Source of the DNA: Myxococcota bacterium
GTDB taxonomy: Bacteria; Myxococcota_A; SURF-8
NCBI GenBank assembly: GCA_963674735.2
Contig: CAXXQS010000001.1
Span: 2,048,001 to 2,112,000 of the forward strand
Reading direction: 5' to 3'
Length of the DNA: 64,000 nucleotides
The position numbers and the translations under genes were made by a program. This document shows positions 10,298 through 20,691 of this stretch, piece after piece. Under the pieces are notes generated by a model. The model was not told where the DNA came from, searched no databases, and saw nothing but the letters and a program-made list of their open reading frames with translations. Numbering within the stretch: the stretch's first letter is position 1; each line of letters opens with the position of its first letter.

Positions 10298-11947
10298 TTA
10301 TACCGAAATCGAGTCTTTGCGGAAGTCGCTATTTCCGATTTTCACATTCACCAGCGCCGCGCGGTCGGCTTTGAAGGCCCGCTCCAGCGCCGGACGCAGA
10401 TCAGCCAAGCGCTCGACATATTCGCCATGCCCTCCCAGGCCTTCCACGACTTTGTCGTAACGTGTGTAGGCCAATCGTGTCGCGACCGCGCGATCATGGC
10501 CGTACATTACCACCTGACCGCGATGGATTTGATTCCAGCGTGCGTCATTGCCGATAACACCCACCACTTTGATCCCCTGGCGCACCATGGCTTCGAATTC
10601 CATGCCGTTGAAGCCGAAAGAGCCATCGCCCATGACCAACACCACTTGATGGTCGGGTCGCGCCAATTTGGCGGCCATGGCATATCCCGGCCCCACTCCC
10701 AAAGTTCCCAGCGGACCCGGATCCATCCAACTTCCCGGCCCCTGCACATCGAGGATATAAGCTGCCGTCGCGACGAAATCGCCGCCATCTCCCACCACAA
10801 TCGTTTTGCTATCCATGAAATGATTCAGTTCACCGCACAAGCGCAGCGGATTGATCGGTTCCGAGTCGGTCTCAAGCTCGGCTTCCGTTTTCGCAATGAT
10901 ACGCCGATCGATCGTCGAAACATCCTTCAACCACTGAGACCAGTCGGGCGTTTTCGTTCCCAGAGCATCGGCCAGTTGCGATAGCACCCAACCGGTATCG
11001 CCCGTGATTCCGACATCGACCGTACGGTTGCGACCGATTTCAGAGCCCGACAGATCGATTTGAATCAATTTGGACGGGGCGGCGATCTTCTCGCCGTAAC
11101 CCAGCCGGAAATCCAATGGCGTTCCACACACGATGACACAATCACTCATGCCCAGCGCCTTGGACCGCGCCCGTTTGAAGGCGGCCGGATGAGTTTTCGG
11201 CAAAGCCCCGCGCGCCATACCATTGAGGAATGTCGGAATCGTCGCCGTTTCGAGAAAACGGACCAACCCTTCGCGATTTTGCGACCAACGCCATTGAGAT
11301 CCGACGATCAGCAGGGGCCGTTCGGCTTGCCGGATCAGGTCGGCGGCCCGCTCGATGTAACGCGGATCCCCTTGGGTCGTCGCCGGGCTGCGATAGCCGG
11401 GGTAATGGATGACCTGACTGTCTTCCGCTCCCCCCAACAGCATATCAATCGGCATCTCCAAAAACACCGGACCCGGCACATCGGTCGTCGCAATGCGAAA
11501 AGCCATCTGTACATACTCAGCCAGCCGCCGCGCCTCGGGGACCGAGACCGCCCATTTGGTGATCGGGCGCATGACCTCGACGTGATTCATGTCCTGCAAC
11601 GATCCACGATCCTGACCGCCGAAAGGACCATAAGTGCGTGATCCCTGCCCGCCGATGACAATCAGCGGCACCTGGGCGCGATACGCGCTGGCAACAGCCG
11701 TAACAGCATCGGTGACCCCCGGTCCAGCCGTGACTGCCGCAACGCCCGGATGACCCGTCACCCGCGCCCACCCATCGGCGGCATGCGCAGCCGACTGCTC
11801 GTGTCGAAAATCCACCACCCGAATTCCTTCGTCCAGACAACCATCGTAAATCGATTGGATATGCCCGCCACACAGGGTGAACAAATGGCTCACCCCTTCT
11901 TCTTTCAAGGCCTGCGCCACGATCTGACCGCCATGTAAAAACGCCAT
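10298..11947 (-). CDS. ThDP-dependent enzyme, acetolactate-synthase-like / 2-hydroxyacyl-CoA lyase (ILVBL/HACL2-like)
   Basis: HGGQIV, FTLCGGHI, RHEQ, WMDPGPLGTLGVG, GDGSFG..GND ThDP motif, C-terminal DFRKDSISV. Confidence 0.85.
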   Translation of the reverse strand: MAFLHGGQIVAQALKEEGVSHLFTLCGGHIQSIYDGCLDEGIRVVDFRHEQSAAHAADGWARVTGHPGVAAVTAGPGVTDAVTAVASAYRAQVPLIVIGGQGSRTYGPFGGQDRGSLQDMNHVEVMRPITKWAVSVPEARRLAEYVQMAFRIATTDVPGPVFLEMPIDMLLGGAEDSQVIHYPGYRSPATTQGDPRYIERAADLIRQAERPLLIVGSQWRWSQNREGLVRFLETATIPTFLNGMARGALPKTHPAAFKRARSKALGMSDCVIVCGTPLDFRLGYGEKIAAPSKLIQIDLSGSEIGRNRTVDVGITGDTGWVLSQLADALGTKTPDWSQWLKDVSTIDRRIIAKTEAELETDSEPINPLRLCGELNHFMDSKTIVVGDGGDFVATAAYILDVQGPGSWMDPGPLGTLGVGPGYAMAAKLARPDHQVVLVMGDGSFGFNGMEFEAMVRQGIKVVGVIGNDARWNQIHRGQVVMYGHDRAVATRLAYTRYDKVVEGLGGHGEYVERLADLRPALERAFKADRAALVNVKIGNSDFRKDSISV

Positions 11948-12185
11948 CGAACACCTTCCTTCATTGTGACTGAAGAGGATGCTTCCACATCCTCGGACTT
12001 ATCGAATATCGCAGTTTTCCATTGTGTTTGCGCTACGTTACAGATTAGAGAGTTGAAAGCACGTCTTGATTCCCATCAATTAAACTCGCTTGCGCCTGGC
12101 TTGGTTTGCATTTCACGTCTATCTGGTTAGAATAACGACATTCGCAAACCGGCGAGAACACCACTCGCCCCGTCACGAGGCGCAG

Positions 12186-12905
12186 ATGGCGTTTATCCCC
12201 TTTCCCGATCCGATCCTCAAAGCGACCTTTCAACGTCGCTACAAGCGCTTTCTCGCAGACATGACTTTCCCCGATGGTTCGACGGTAACCGCTCACTGTG
12301 CCAACACCGGATCCATGAAAAGCTGCCTGGTGCCCGACGCCCCGGTCCTTTTGTGGGATTCGCAAAATCCCAAGCGCAAGCTGCGTCACTCTTGGAAAGC
12401 CATCCGCATCGGCCGCACCTGGGTCGGTATCGACACCGGCTTACCCAATGCACTGGCTGAAGCGTCTGTTTTAGCTGGTGAAATCTCGATTTTCGGCAAC
12501 ATCCAGACTGTGCGACGCGAAGTGCCGATGGGGGCTCACAGCCGCGTAGACCTCCTCGTCGAGGCCGATACGGGCACCTGGTGGGTGGAAGTCAAGAATG
12601 TAACATTGGTCGAAAACGGCGTGGCGCGCTTTCCCGATGCCGTCACCACACGCGGGCTCAAACATCTGAATGAATTGATGGAGCGTGTTCGTGAAGGCAA
12701 CCGCGCCGCCATGCTGTTTGTCGTACAACGAAACGACGGAAAGTGCGTCGAACCGGCCGACGACCTGGACCCGGCCTATGGGCACGGGTTGCGCGAGGCC
12801 AAAGCGAAGGGCGTCGAACTGCTGGCCCTGGGAGCGCGCGTTTCACCAAAAGGCGTTGAAACAACCGGACTTTTACCTGTTATCCTGCCCGATTTGGACA
12901 GTTGA
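12186..12905 (+). CDS. sfsA: DNA/RNA nuclease SfsA
   Basis: RYKRFLAD, AHCANTGSM, EVKNVTL, FPDAVTTRGLKHL. Confidence 0.95.
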   Translation: MAFIPFPDPILKATFQRRYKRFLADMTFPDGSTVTAHCANTGSMKSCLVPDAPVLLWDSQNPKRKLRHSWKAIRIGRTWVGIDTGLPNALAEASVLAGEISIFGNIQTVRREVPMGAHSRVDLLVEADTGTWWVEVKNVTLVENGVARFPDAVTTRGLKHLNELMERVREGNRAAMLFVVQRNDGKCVEPADDLDPAYGHGLREAKAKGVELLALGARVSPKGVETTGLLPVILPDLDS

Positions 12906-12914
12906 GGAATTGCC

Positions 12915-13262
12915 ATGTCGCCCTATTCCATCGACCGCGAAACCCTGGAATCTTTATGTGAAGTCACCTTCATCAAAGCCGGCGGTCCCGGCGGTCAACA
13001 CCGAAATCGACGCGAAACCGGGGTGCGGCTGCATCATCCGCCATCCGGACTCACCATCGAAGCTACCGAACGACGCAGCCAGACTCAAAATCTGGAAATG
13101 GCCTACGAGCGGCTGATACGGAAACTGATCCAACTTAACAAACCGGTGAAACCACGTCGCGCCACCCGGCCCACCCGTGCGTCACGCGAGCGGCGCATCA
13201 CCTCCAAGAAGCAGATTTCGCAGAAGAAAGCCATGCGACGAAAACCGGAACGGAACCAATAA
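12915..13262 (+). CDS. arfB: Short RF-like peptidyl-tRNA hydrolase (ArfB/YaeJ type)
   Basis: GGPGGQ motif, RSQxxN, basic tail RRATRPTRASRERR..KK. Confidence 0.8.
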   Translation: MSPYSIDRETLESLCEVTFIKAGGPGGQHRNRRETGVRLHHPPSGLTIEATERRSQTQNLEMAYERLIRKLIQLNKPVKPRRATRPTRASRERRITSKKQISQKKAMRRKPERNQ

Positions 13263-13286
13263 GAAACCACCCATTTTTCGTCCTTA

Positions 13287-14096
13287 CTAGGCGTTTTGGG
13301 CCATGCGATCCAACACCAGCTCCACAACACCGGGGACCAACCGTTTAGCCCATAGCGAAGCTTTAGCATCCATGCCCGGCACAATGAGGAAATTCCCGCG
13401 ATAAACTCCCTTGAGAGCCGCTCGCGCCACGGCATCGGCCGACATGACACGCGCCCCTTTGGAGATCGCCTTGGTTTCAACCGGTTTTGTGCGGTCCTCG
13501 CGATACAGCATCGGTGTATCGGTGTCGGGAGGACACAGCACCGAAACCGTGATACCGAAACGTTTGAGCTCGGCACGCAGCGCTTCGGAAAATCCGATTA
13601 CGGCAAACTTGGCAGCGCTGTAGCTGGTAAAGCCGAAGACACCCACCAATCCCGCAACGGATGACACGTTGAGGATCGCGCCGCCCCGATCTCTCATATG
13701 AGGAACCAGGACATGAGCGGCATTGAACGTGGCGTAAAGATTGACCTTTAGCACTTCGTCAAACTGCTCGGGCGTGACATCTTCAAAATAATGTGGGTGG
13801 GAGATTCCCGCGCTATTCATCAGCAGATCGGGTGGACCGTTCTCCTCGATCGCAAGCCTGAATACACGTCGGCAGGCATCCAGATCAGTGGCGTCAAGCG
13901 TATAAGCGTGGACGCGCTGGTCGGATCGGCGGCGCACCTGCCGAATGGCCTGGGCCGCCGCATCAAGCGCGTCTGGACGACGCGCCAGCAAGACCACATT
14001 CGCACCCTGGACGACCAACCGTTCGGCGGTCGCCAACCCGATACCGCTCGAACCACCGACAATATAAGCACATTTCCCTTTAAACGACGTGCGCAT
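13287..14096 (-). CDS. SDR oxidoreductase, 3-ketodihydrosphingosine-reductase-like
   Basis: GGSSGIG, YSAAK, PPDTDTP motif typical of KDSR-like SDRs. Confidence 0.8.
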   Translation of the reverse strand: MRTSFKGKCAYIVGGSSGIGLATAERLVVQGANVVLLARRPDALDAAAQAIRQVRRRSDQRVHAYTLDATDLDACRRVFRLAIEENGPPDLLMNSAGISHPHYFEDVTPEQFDEVLKVNLYATFNAAHVLVPHMRDRGGAILNVSSVAGLVGVFGFTSYSAAKFAVIGFSEALRAELKRFGITVSVLCPPDTDTPMLYREDRTKPVETKAISKGARVMSADAVARAALKGVYRGNFLIVPGMDAKASLWAKRLVPGVVELVLDRMAQNA

Positions 14097-14125
14097 GACG
14101 TCCCCCTACTGTCAGGCTTATATAG

Positions 14126-14602
14126 TTACTTAAATATCTCAATCAAATCCGGCTCGATCTTCGTCCCCTCGATGGTAAGACGCGCAAGCGACACCGGTTT
14201 TCCTGCACGGGTGGGTCCGATACTTCCGGGATTGAGAAAGAGAACTCCACCCCGCCATTCGGCCTGCGGTAAATGTGTGTGTCCATGTACAACCACCGCG
14301 ATATCCGCTGCTGCCGGATCGAGGTCCAGCCGGTCAAGATCATGCAGCACATAAAGCGTGCGTCCAGCCACCTCGGCCCATTCGGTTTCAGGAAGCCGTG
14401 CCACATCGCTGCGGTAATCGGTATTCCCTCGCACCGCCGTCACTGGAGCCAGCGTGGCCAGTCTTTCCAAAATTTCGATAGAACCGACATCCCCAGCATG
14501 CAGAATCTGGTCGACGTCCGCCAGCAAATCGAAAACCTGCGGACGCAATAAACCGTGCGTATCCGAAATCACACCGATAGTCGTTTTACGCCTGCCTGCC
14601 AC
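14126..14602 (-). CDS. YfcE-family metallophosphoesterase
   Basis: ISDTHG, HAGD, GNTD, HGHTH, NPGS. Confidence 0.92.
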   Translation of the reverse strand: MAGRRKTTIGVISDTHGLLRPQVFDLLADVDQILHAGDVGSIEILERLATLAPVTAVRGNTDYRSDVARLPETEWAEVAGRTLYVLHDLDRLDLDPAAADIAVVVHGHTHLPQAEWRGGVLFLNPGSIGPTRAGKPVSLARLTIEGTKIEPDLIEIFK

Positions 14603-14611
14603 ATCAGCCTC

Positions 14612-15016
14612 CTAAGCCGGTGCCTCATTCTCGTTCACGGCATCACCGACCGCTTCAATTACCAGTTTTTGCAGGTCTTCCGGGGTGAACGGCTTCAACA
14701 ATAATTCCGCATACGTCATGGATTGAATCGCTTCACACTGTTCCGGTTCCGGTGCACCGGAAATAAAGATCACGCGCATATCCCGAAACTGCTTCCGCAG
14801 TTTTTTCTCAAGCTCGAAACCATCCATCCACGGCATGTTAAGGTCTGTGATTAAAAGATCGATGGAACGAGCCAAGGCTTCAACCACTTCAAGCGCCCGT
14901 TTCCCATTTTCAGCTTTCTCGATTACATAACCGAACGATCCCAGTGCATAAGCGGTGATATCCAACAGGGCTGGCTCATCTTCGACAAGCAAGATGGTTT
15001 GCACATCGGCTTTCAT
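14612..15016 (-). CDS. Single-domain response regulator
   Basis: LLVEDE, LLITDLNMP, ISG, KPF. Confidence 0.9.
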   Translation of the reverse strand: MKADVQTILLVEDEPALLDITAYALGSFGYVIEKAENGKRALEVVEALARSIDLLITDLNMPWMDGFELEKKLRKQFRDMRVIFISGAPEPEQCEAIQSMTYAELLLKPFTPEDLQKLVIEAVGDAVNENEAPA

Positions 15017-15281
15017 ACCGTTTTTCCTTTAGATAACAACAACCCAAGTTGTTCCTGTTGCTCGAACAGTTTAGTTGCAATAAGCCACAACGTCACGTCT
15101 TTTTGCAATTTTCGATTAACAAAACACCCGGCTGCTTTCGCCTTTCAACAACGTCAAGCATGCCATTTCGGCATGTTCTCAGGTTTTCGGGCTAAGAATC
15201 CATGGATTTCATCTATAATATTGTGATAGTCTGGATAGACTCTTGGTGAGTGGGAATCACTTTTCAGCAAAGAGATCCAGG

Positions 15282-16481
15282 ATGCCTAAGCATAATAAGA
15301 ATGACCCTGATCATTTAGGCACAAAAGCAACATCCGAGAAACGTCCATACGCCGACATGGTGGAAGGACTGCCGGACGCGGTGGTGCTATTCAACAACAA
15401 GGGCATCCTGTATTGCAACGAAGCGGCTTGTCGCTTAGTCGGGGCCGATTCGCTCGATCAGATTTTAGGTCGACCCGTTACCGACTTCATCGCTCCGGAA
15501 AGCCGTGAGTTATTGCTTCAACGCCTTCAGTCATTAAGTATCGGGGACCAAATACTACCGCCCCATGTACAACTTTTTAAGCGCTTGGATGGGACGATTG
15601 TCGAAGTCGAAGTCTCAAGCATCCCCATCCACCTAAACAACGAACAAGCGGCGCTATCGGTTGTTCGCGATATTTCCAAACGTCATGCAACCGAACGCCA
15701 GATTCTCCAGGCTGAAAAGATGGCGGCCCTGCGAGAGATCATGTCCGGAGTGGCACATGAAATCAACAATCCAAACACCTTCATTTCTTTCAATATCCCA
15801 ATTCTGAGAAATTTTTGTAAAGCCATACAGCCGCTTTTGGACGATCATGCAAAATCCAATCCGGGTTTCAAAGTCCATAACTTGCCTTACACCGCCTTCC
15901 TCGACCGCCTGGAAAGCATTTTCACTATCATGGAAAACGGCTGTGATCGTATAACCGGAGTTGTCGAAGCGTTGCGAGATTACGTTTCAGGTCAAGACGT
16001 TTCCTATAAAGAGCCGACATCTGTTCAAAGATTGTACGAGAAAGTCATGGCGCTTGCGTCCAAACAGCTAGAACGTACGATCCGCGAAGTTACCATTTCA
16101 GTTCCCGACGACCTACCTCCGGTCGTCGTCAATGCCGACCGCCTGGTTCAGGTCATCATTCATTTGGTTCTCAATGCCGCCCACGCCGCCGACAAACCGG
16201 ATTCTCATCTCGAGCTCTCCGCCCGATATGAACCGGAACATGCAAACATGGTGACGTTAAGCATTGTCGACAATGGCTGCGGAATCCCCTCCGAAAACCT
16301 ATCCAAAGTCTTCGAGCTGTTTTATACAACCCAGAAAGCCGGATCCGGAAGCGGATTGGGATTGGCCATATCGAAGTCCATTGTCGAAGAACATGGCGGT
16401 CAAATGCGGATCATCAGCGAAGTCAACAAAGGTACAGAGGTACAGCTCACCTTGCCGATCGAGCAGGAGGATTGGGGATGA
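15282..16481 (+). CDS. Cytoplasmic PAS sensor histidine kinase
   Basis: PAS domain, AHEINNP H-box, NAAHA, DNGCGI, GSGLGL; no TM segment. Confidence 0.93.
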   Translation: MPKHNKNDPDHLGTKATSEKRPYADMVEGLPDAVVLFNNKGILYCNEAACRLVGADSLDQILGRPVTDFIAPESRELLLQRLQSLSIGDQILPPHVQLFKRLDGTIVEVEVSSIPIHLNNEQAALSVVRDISKRHATERQILQAEKMAALREIMSGVAHEINNPNTFISFNIPILRNFCKAIQPLLDDHAKSNPGFKVHNLPYTAFLDRLESIFTIMENGCDRITGVVEALRDYVSGQDVSYKEPTSVQRLYEKVMALASKQLERTIREVTISVPDDLPPVVVNADRLVQVIIHLVLNAAHAADKPDSHLELSARYEPEHANMVTLSIVDNGCGIPSENLSKVFELFYTTQKAGSGSGLGLAISKSIVEEHGGQMRIISEVNKGTEVQLTLPIEQEDWG

Positions 16482-17851
16482 AAGAATCGATCCTGCTTGT
16501 GGACGATGAAATCAACTTCCTCCGAAGCCTGGAACTACTGTTGGTAACGGAAGGCTACTCCGATGTGGCGATTGAGGACAACCCGGAGTCGGCGCTGAAA
16601 CAAATCGCCGCCCGCGATTTCGACGTCGTTTTTCTCGATGTCAACATGCCCGGCAGCAGCGGTATGGACTTGATCAAACAAATACTCGAGATCAGGCCGG
16701 AGACCGCCTGCATCATGGTAACAGCCGACGAACGTGCCCCGACCATTGTCGAAGCCATGCGATTGGGCGCATACGATTATTTGATTAAGCCCATCACACC
16801 CAACCGCTTGCTTCTCGCCCTGACCCGCGCCCTGGAACGGCGAAGACTGCTTCGGTCCCTGGACGTTCGCGCAACCCCGAGAGCCAGAAAAGACCTGCAG
16901 CACCCCGGGGCTTTTGAAAACATTATCGGCGATAACCCCAAACTGGTAAAATTACTTCATGAAACCGAGTTGCACGCAGGGTCGGACATCACCGTCCTTC
17001 TTTCCGGAGAAACCGGTGTCGGGAAAGATCTTTTAGCGCGGGCGATTCATCAGGCAAGCCCTCGTTCAAAGCAGCCCTTCGTGGCCGTCAATATGCTGGC
17101 CATCTCCCCGACCCTGTTCGAGTCGGAGTTCTTCGGACACCGCAAAGGATCTTTTACCGGTGCCACTTTCGATCGAAAAGGTTACCTGGCCGATGCGGAA
17201 GGCGGCACACTGTTTCTCGACGAAATCGGCGATTTATCTCTCGATATTCAGGGCAAACTCTTACGGCTCTTGCAGGAACGCGATTATCGCCCGGTCGGCG
17301 AATCGATCTCTCGCAAGGCCAATGTCCGATTCATCGCAGCAACCAACCAGGATCTGCCGCAGGCGGTAAGTCAGGGTACCTTTAGAAAAGACCTCTACTA
17401 CCGCTTGCAATTCGCTCATCTGATCATCCCGCCTCTTCGGGAACGCCGCGACGATTTGCCGGTGTTGTGCCTGTCCATGCTCCCACTATCCTCCGAACGT
17501 TCGATTACCATTACCACATCAGCATTGGATGCTCTCGACACCTACGCCTTCCCCGGCAATGTCCGCGAGCTCAAAGGACTTATCGAGTCAGCTATCAATC
17601 TCTCCAGGGACGGAAAAATCACTCTGAAGGAACTGCGCCTGCCGGAATCATCCAAACGTCACAGATTCAACTCCAACTCCAAACCTGCCGCAGAAGAATC
17701 CGACGTAAGCCTTCCGCTCGCGGAGGTAGAAAAACGTCATATCCTGGCTGTTTACGAACACCATAACCGCAATAAAACTCGCACGGCCAAAGCCCTGGAA
17801 ATCGGTTTGCGAACCTTACATCGCAAACTTGAGCAATACGACAAACATTGA
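16478..17851 (+). CDS. sigma54-dependent response regulator (NtrC family)
   Basis: REC domain, GETGVGK, GSFTGA, LFLDEIGD, FPGNVREL, C-terminal Fis HTH. Confidence 0.95.
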   Translation: MKESILLVDDEINFLRSLELLLVTEGYSDVAIEDNPESALKQIAARDFDVVFLDVNMPGSSGMDLIKQILEIRPETACIMVTADERAPTIVEAMRLGAYDYLIKPITPNRLLLALTRALERRRLLRSLDVRATPRARKDLQHPGAFENIIGDNPKLVKLLHETELHAGSDITVLLSGETGVGKDLLARAIHQASPRSKQPFVAVNMLAISPTLFESEFFGHRKGSFTGATFDRKGYLADAEGGTLFLDEIGDLSLDIQGKLLRLLQERDYRPVGESISRKANVRFIAATNQDLPQAVSQGTFRKDLYYRLQFAHLIIPPLRERRDDLPVLCLSMLPLSSERSITITTSALDALDTYAFPGNVRELKGLIESAINLSRDGKITLKELRLPESSKRHRFNSNSKPAAEESDVSLPLAEVEKRHILAVYEHHNRNKTRTAKALEIGLRTLHRKLEQYDKH

Positions 17852-17895
17852 GTTTACCTCAGCCGATCCTGTCGTTTTCTCTCTTGCCTTAGACA

Positions 17896-17982
17896 TGTCA
17901 ACCTGACAATGTCATTTTGACATTGTTTCCAATTTCCCGCAACATATCAGATGGTTGGGGAATTTGCCATGTCATTTTGACA
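17896..17982. promoter_or_regulatory. Three TGTCA-N3-TGACA palindromes (putative enhancer/UAS)
   Basis: Perfect palindromes at 17896-17908, 17910-17922 and 17970-17982, about 100-190 bp upstream of a -24/-12 site. Confidence 0.75.
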
Positions 17983-18083
17983 CGATTTACCCGAAAATCA
18001 AAGAGGTCCGCCCAGCGCCTTCTATTTCTTCTAATTCCTTGTTTTTAGTTATTATTTTTGTTTTATGCTTTTCTTTTTTATTT

Positions 18084-18099
18084 TGGCATTCCTCTTGCT
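18084..18099 (+). promoter_or_regulatory. sigma54 -24/-12 promoter
   Basis: TGGCATTCCTCTTGCT (GG-N10-GC), preceded by an AT-rich tract and about 55 bp before the cheW-like ATG. Confidence 0.8.
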
Positions 18100-18153
18100 C
18101 TATCTTTAGGCCGTTGGGAGACGCAAAAGAAAACCCAACGAAAGGAGCAAAAG

Positions 18154-18648
18154 ATGGGCAATCAAAAACATCCTTCGAAAACAGACGGAACACCCCCCCA
18201 TCTGACAGTCACATCCGATATGATCCAAGAAAAAACTCCACATCTATTATTCCGCCTGCATGATAAGCGCTTCGGTCTTTCGATCTCGACCATCCGAGAA
18301 ATCGTCGGTTTAGCGGCGATCGCCCGACTGAAGAACGGAGATCAGCCTCTGCGCGGCAACATCACGGTGCGAGGAATCGATATCCCTTTGACCGACATCA
18401 CCGCGTTGTTGGACTTACCCGCAGGACCGCTGGAAGACAAAGCGGCGGTGATGGTTTTGCGCGACCATGGCAAAGACTCCAAACCGATCGGCATTGTGAT
18501 CGATGAGGTACTGGGTGTGGCTCACATCGCCAGCCCCTACAACCCATCAGCCGATCGATCCAGCCTCATCAAAGGCGAACTCGAACACGAAGGACAGCGA
18601 ATCTGCGTATTATCCGCCCAAACACTCAGGGATCATACTCAAATATGA
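18154..18648 (+). CDS. cheW: CheW-domain protein
   Basis: FGLSISTIREIV, GNITVRG.IPL.D, GIVIDEVLGV; AAGGAG RBS. Confidence 0.8.
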   Translation: MGNQKHPSKTDGTPPHLTVTSDMIQEKTPHLLFRLHDKRFGLSISTIREIVGLAAIARLKNGDQPLRGNITVRGIDIPLTDITALLDLPAGPLEDKAAVMVLRDHGKDSKPIGIVIDEVLGVAHIASPYNPSADRSSLIKGELEHEGQRICVLSAQTLRDHTQI

Positions 18649-18679
18649 ACAATCAATTGAAGACGATGGGAGACAAACA

Positions 18680-19018
18680 ATGAGAAGCACTACAGATCTT
18701 AAGAACAATCAAACCAGCATATTCGCCTTACAGAAAAATCTACGGCAGCTGGAACATAATGTGGTGCATCTTCTCGATCGTTTTCAACGTGACTGCCACC
18801 AAACAGATATGCAAGCGGCCAGCCAACTTCTAGGGCGATTGATGTTGCAACGTTTGAGGCTGGTGGAATCCACTTTTAACAAGCAATCTGGAACGCTGGC
18901 TGAAAGCAGTCGAGCTATCTCGGAACTTAGACTGGAAGTCAGGCGACTGAGACATGGCGAGAAAACCTGCCCTTGTAATCCCAGTCGATTCATCCCGATA
19001 AAACATTTTTCGATTTAA
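18680..19018 (+). CDS. Hypothetical helical/coiled-coil protein
   Basis: GGAG RBS, sits between cheW and the receiver gene, heptad-like sequence. Confidence 0.5.
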   Translation: MRSTTDLKNNQTSIFALQKNLRQLEHNVVHLLDRFQRDCHQTDMQAASQLLGRLMLQRLRLVESTFNKQSGTLAESSRAISELRLEVRRLRHGEKTCPCNPSRFIPIKHFSI

Positions 19019-19048
19019 CTATCAACGAATTGAATCAAGGAAACAACC

Positions 19049-19600
19049 ATGAAGTCCAGTTTCAAGACCAACAAAATCTTTATCGAGACCCTGTCCCAAA
19101 CGACGAATTTGTCCTCCGAAAAGACCACAAATTCCAGCCATCGAGCTAAAACGTTTCGAGATAGTGATTTGTTGGTCGAGAAAAGCGGTTTCGGAAGATC
19201 CATAACCGATCCCACTGTTCTAAGCGATCTGACGGGTCGAGAAACCATTCTGATATTCGAAGAAGAGAGCATGGTGCGGCGAATGACCCTCAAATTGTTG
19301 ACTCGCCTGGGTTATAAAGTCTGTATTGCGGCCAATCCCGAACAAGCCGTGCAACATGCACGCCGTTTACCCAAAGTCGATTTGCTGTTGACCAACGTCA
19401 CCCTTGCCGAATCGATCGAGGGTGATGTCGCCGCTCAATGCCGCGAGCTTCATCCTGAAGCCCGAACTCTTTTCACCCCCGGTTATAGTTTAGGTGAAGG
19501 AGAGATAGACTATATTTCAGGGCCGAACCGGGACTTCATCCCGAAACCTTACACGGCACTTGCTCTGGCCAAGCAAATTCGTTCCATGCTGGACAAGTAA
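19049..19600 (+). CDS. Atypical (pseudo-)receiver protein with N-terminal extension
   Basis: GRETILIFEEE, DLLLTN (Asn at the phosphoacceptor position), FTPGY, KPY. Confidence 0.75.
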   Translation: MKSSFKTNKIFIETLSQTTNLSSEKTTNSSHRAKTFRDSDLLVEKSGFGRSITDPTVLSDLTGRETILIFEEESMVRRMTLKLLTRLGYKVCIAANPEQAVQHARRLPKVDLLLTNVTLAESIEGDVAAQCRELHPEARTLFTPGYSLGEGEIDYISGPNRDFIPKPYTALALAKQIRSMLDK

Positions 19601-19842
19601 GCACCGATCGACTTTTTACGATCTTTTACATATTAACCCGTTCCCATACCGAGGCGAATTTTCTACAAGTTGTAACGCTGCAAATCCCCTTCAAAGCGAC
19701 TTACCGGCTGATGCTTACCTATCACGCTCTCACCAACCCATTATTCGCCTCGGTTTTTCTTTTGCTCACACCTCACAACAAGCTATGCTAAGCACGCTTT
19801 TAAGACTCTGCGGAATGATCCGTGCTTATCGGGAGGTGTGTG

Positions 19843-20691
19843 ATGTCCAAACTGCAAAACCAAGTCATTCTCATAACCGGTTGTTCAAGCGGTATCGGCC
19901 GTGCGCTGACGAACGTGCTGGCCGAGCAAGGCCACCGGGTTGTCGCAACCGCCCGCAAACCTGAGAGCATAACCGACCTCGCCGGTGAACATGTCACGAC
20001 AATGGCTTTGGATGTTACGGATCCGGCCTCCATCGAGCGGGCCGTCGGGGCCGTGGTCGAACGCGAAGGCCGCATCGACATCCTGATCAACAACGCCGGT
20101 TTCGGACTGATCGGGCCGGTGGCCGAAGTGGCGCTCTCGGATCTGCGCCTGCAACTTGAAACCAACGTCATCGGACCGGTTGCGCTGATCCAGGCGATCG
20201 TTCCGTGGATGGCCAAGCAAGGTGGCGGGCGTATCGTCAACGTGGGCAGTGTCTCGGGGATTACCGCCACGCCCTTTTCAGGGGCCTACTGTGCCTCGAA
20301 AGCGGCCCTGCACCTGCTTTCCGACGCACTGCGTATGGAACTCAAGCCCTTCAATATCGACGTTCTCCAGCTTCAACCGGGCGGTGTCCGCTCGAAATTC
20401 GGCGATACGGCCTCCACTCGCCTCGATCGCTATCACGACCCCGATTCCCTCTACCGCCCCATCGTCGAAGGCATCGAACAGCGCGCGGGCATGAGCCAGG
20501 GCAGCCCCACCACTACCGAAGACTACGCGGCCGATGTCGCCGGAGTGCTTACACGCAAACGCATCCCGGCCGTTTACCGCTCGGGCCACGGATCGACATT
20601 GATGCCATTGCTGCGCTACACCCTGCCATCCGGTCTGCGTGACCGGGTCATGATGCGCAAGTTTGAATTGAATAAGCTGGGAAAGGGCTGA
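19843..20691 (+). CDS. SDR oxidoreductase (Ayr1/17beta-HSD-like)
   Basis: ITGCSSGIG, NNAG, YCASK, LRMELKPF. Confidence 0.88.
   Translation: MSKLQNQVILITGCSSGIGRALTNVLAEQGHRVVATARKPESITDLAGEHVTTMALDVTDPASIERAVGAVVEREGRIDILINNAGFGLIGPVAEVALSDLRLQLETNVIGPVALIQAIVPWMAKQGGGRIVNVGSVSGITATPFSGAYCASKAALHLLSDALRMELKPFNIDVLQLQPGGVRSKFGDTASTRLDRYHDPDSLYRPIVEGIEQRAGMSQGSPTTTEDYAADVAGVLTRKRIPAVYRSGHGSTLMPLLRYTLPSGLRDRVMMRKFELNKLGKG

Noticed and set aside
11975-11994. Hairpin upstream of the ThDP enzyme as a TPP riboswitch
   Set aside because: It is only a 7-bp stem, and the conserved TPP aptamer motifs are absent.
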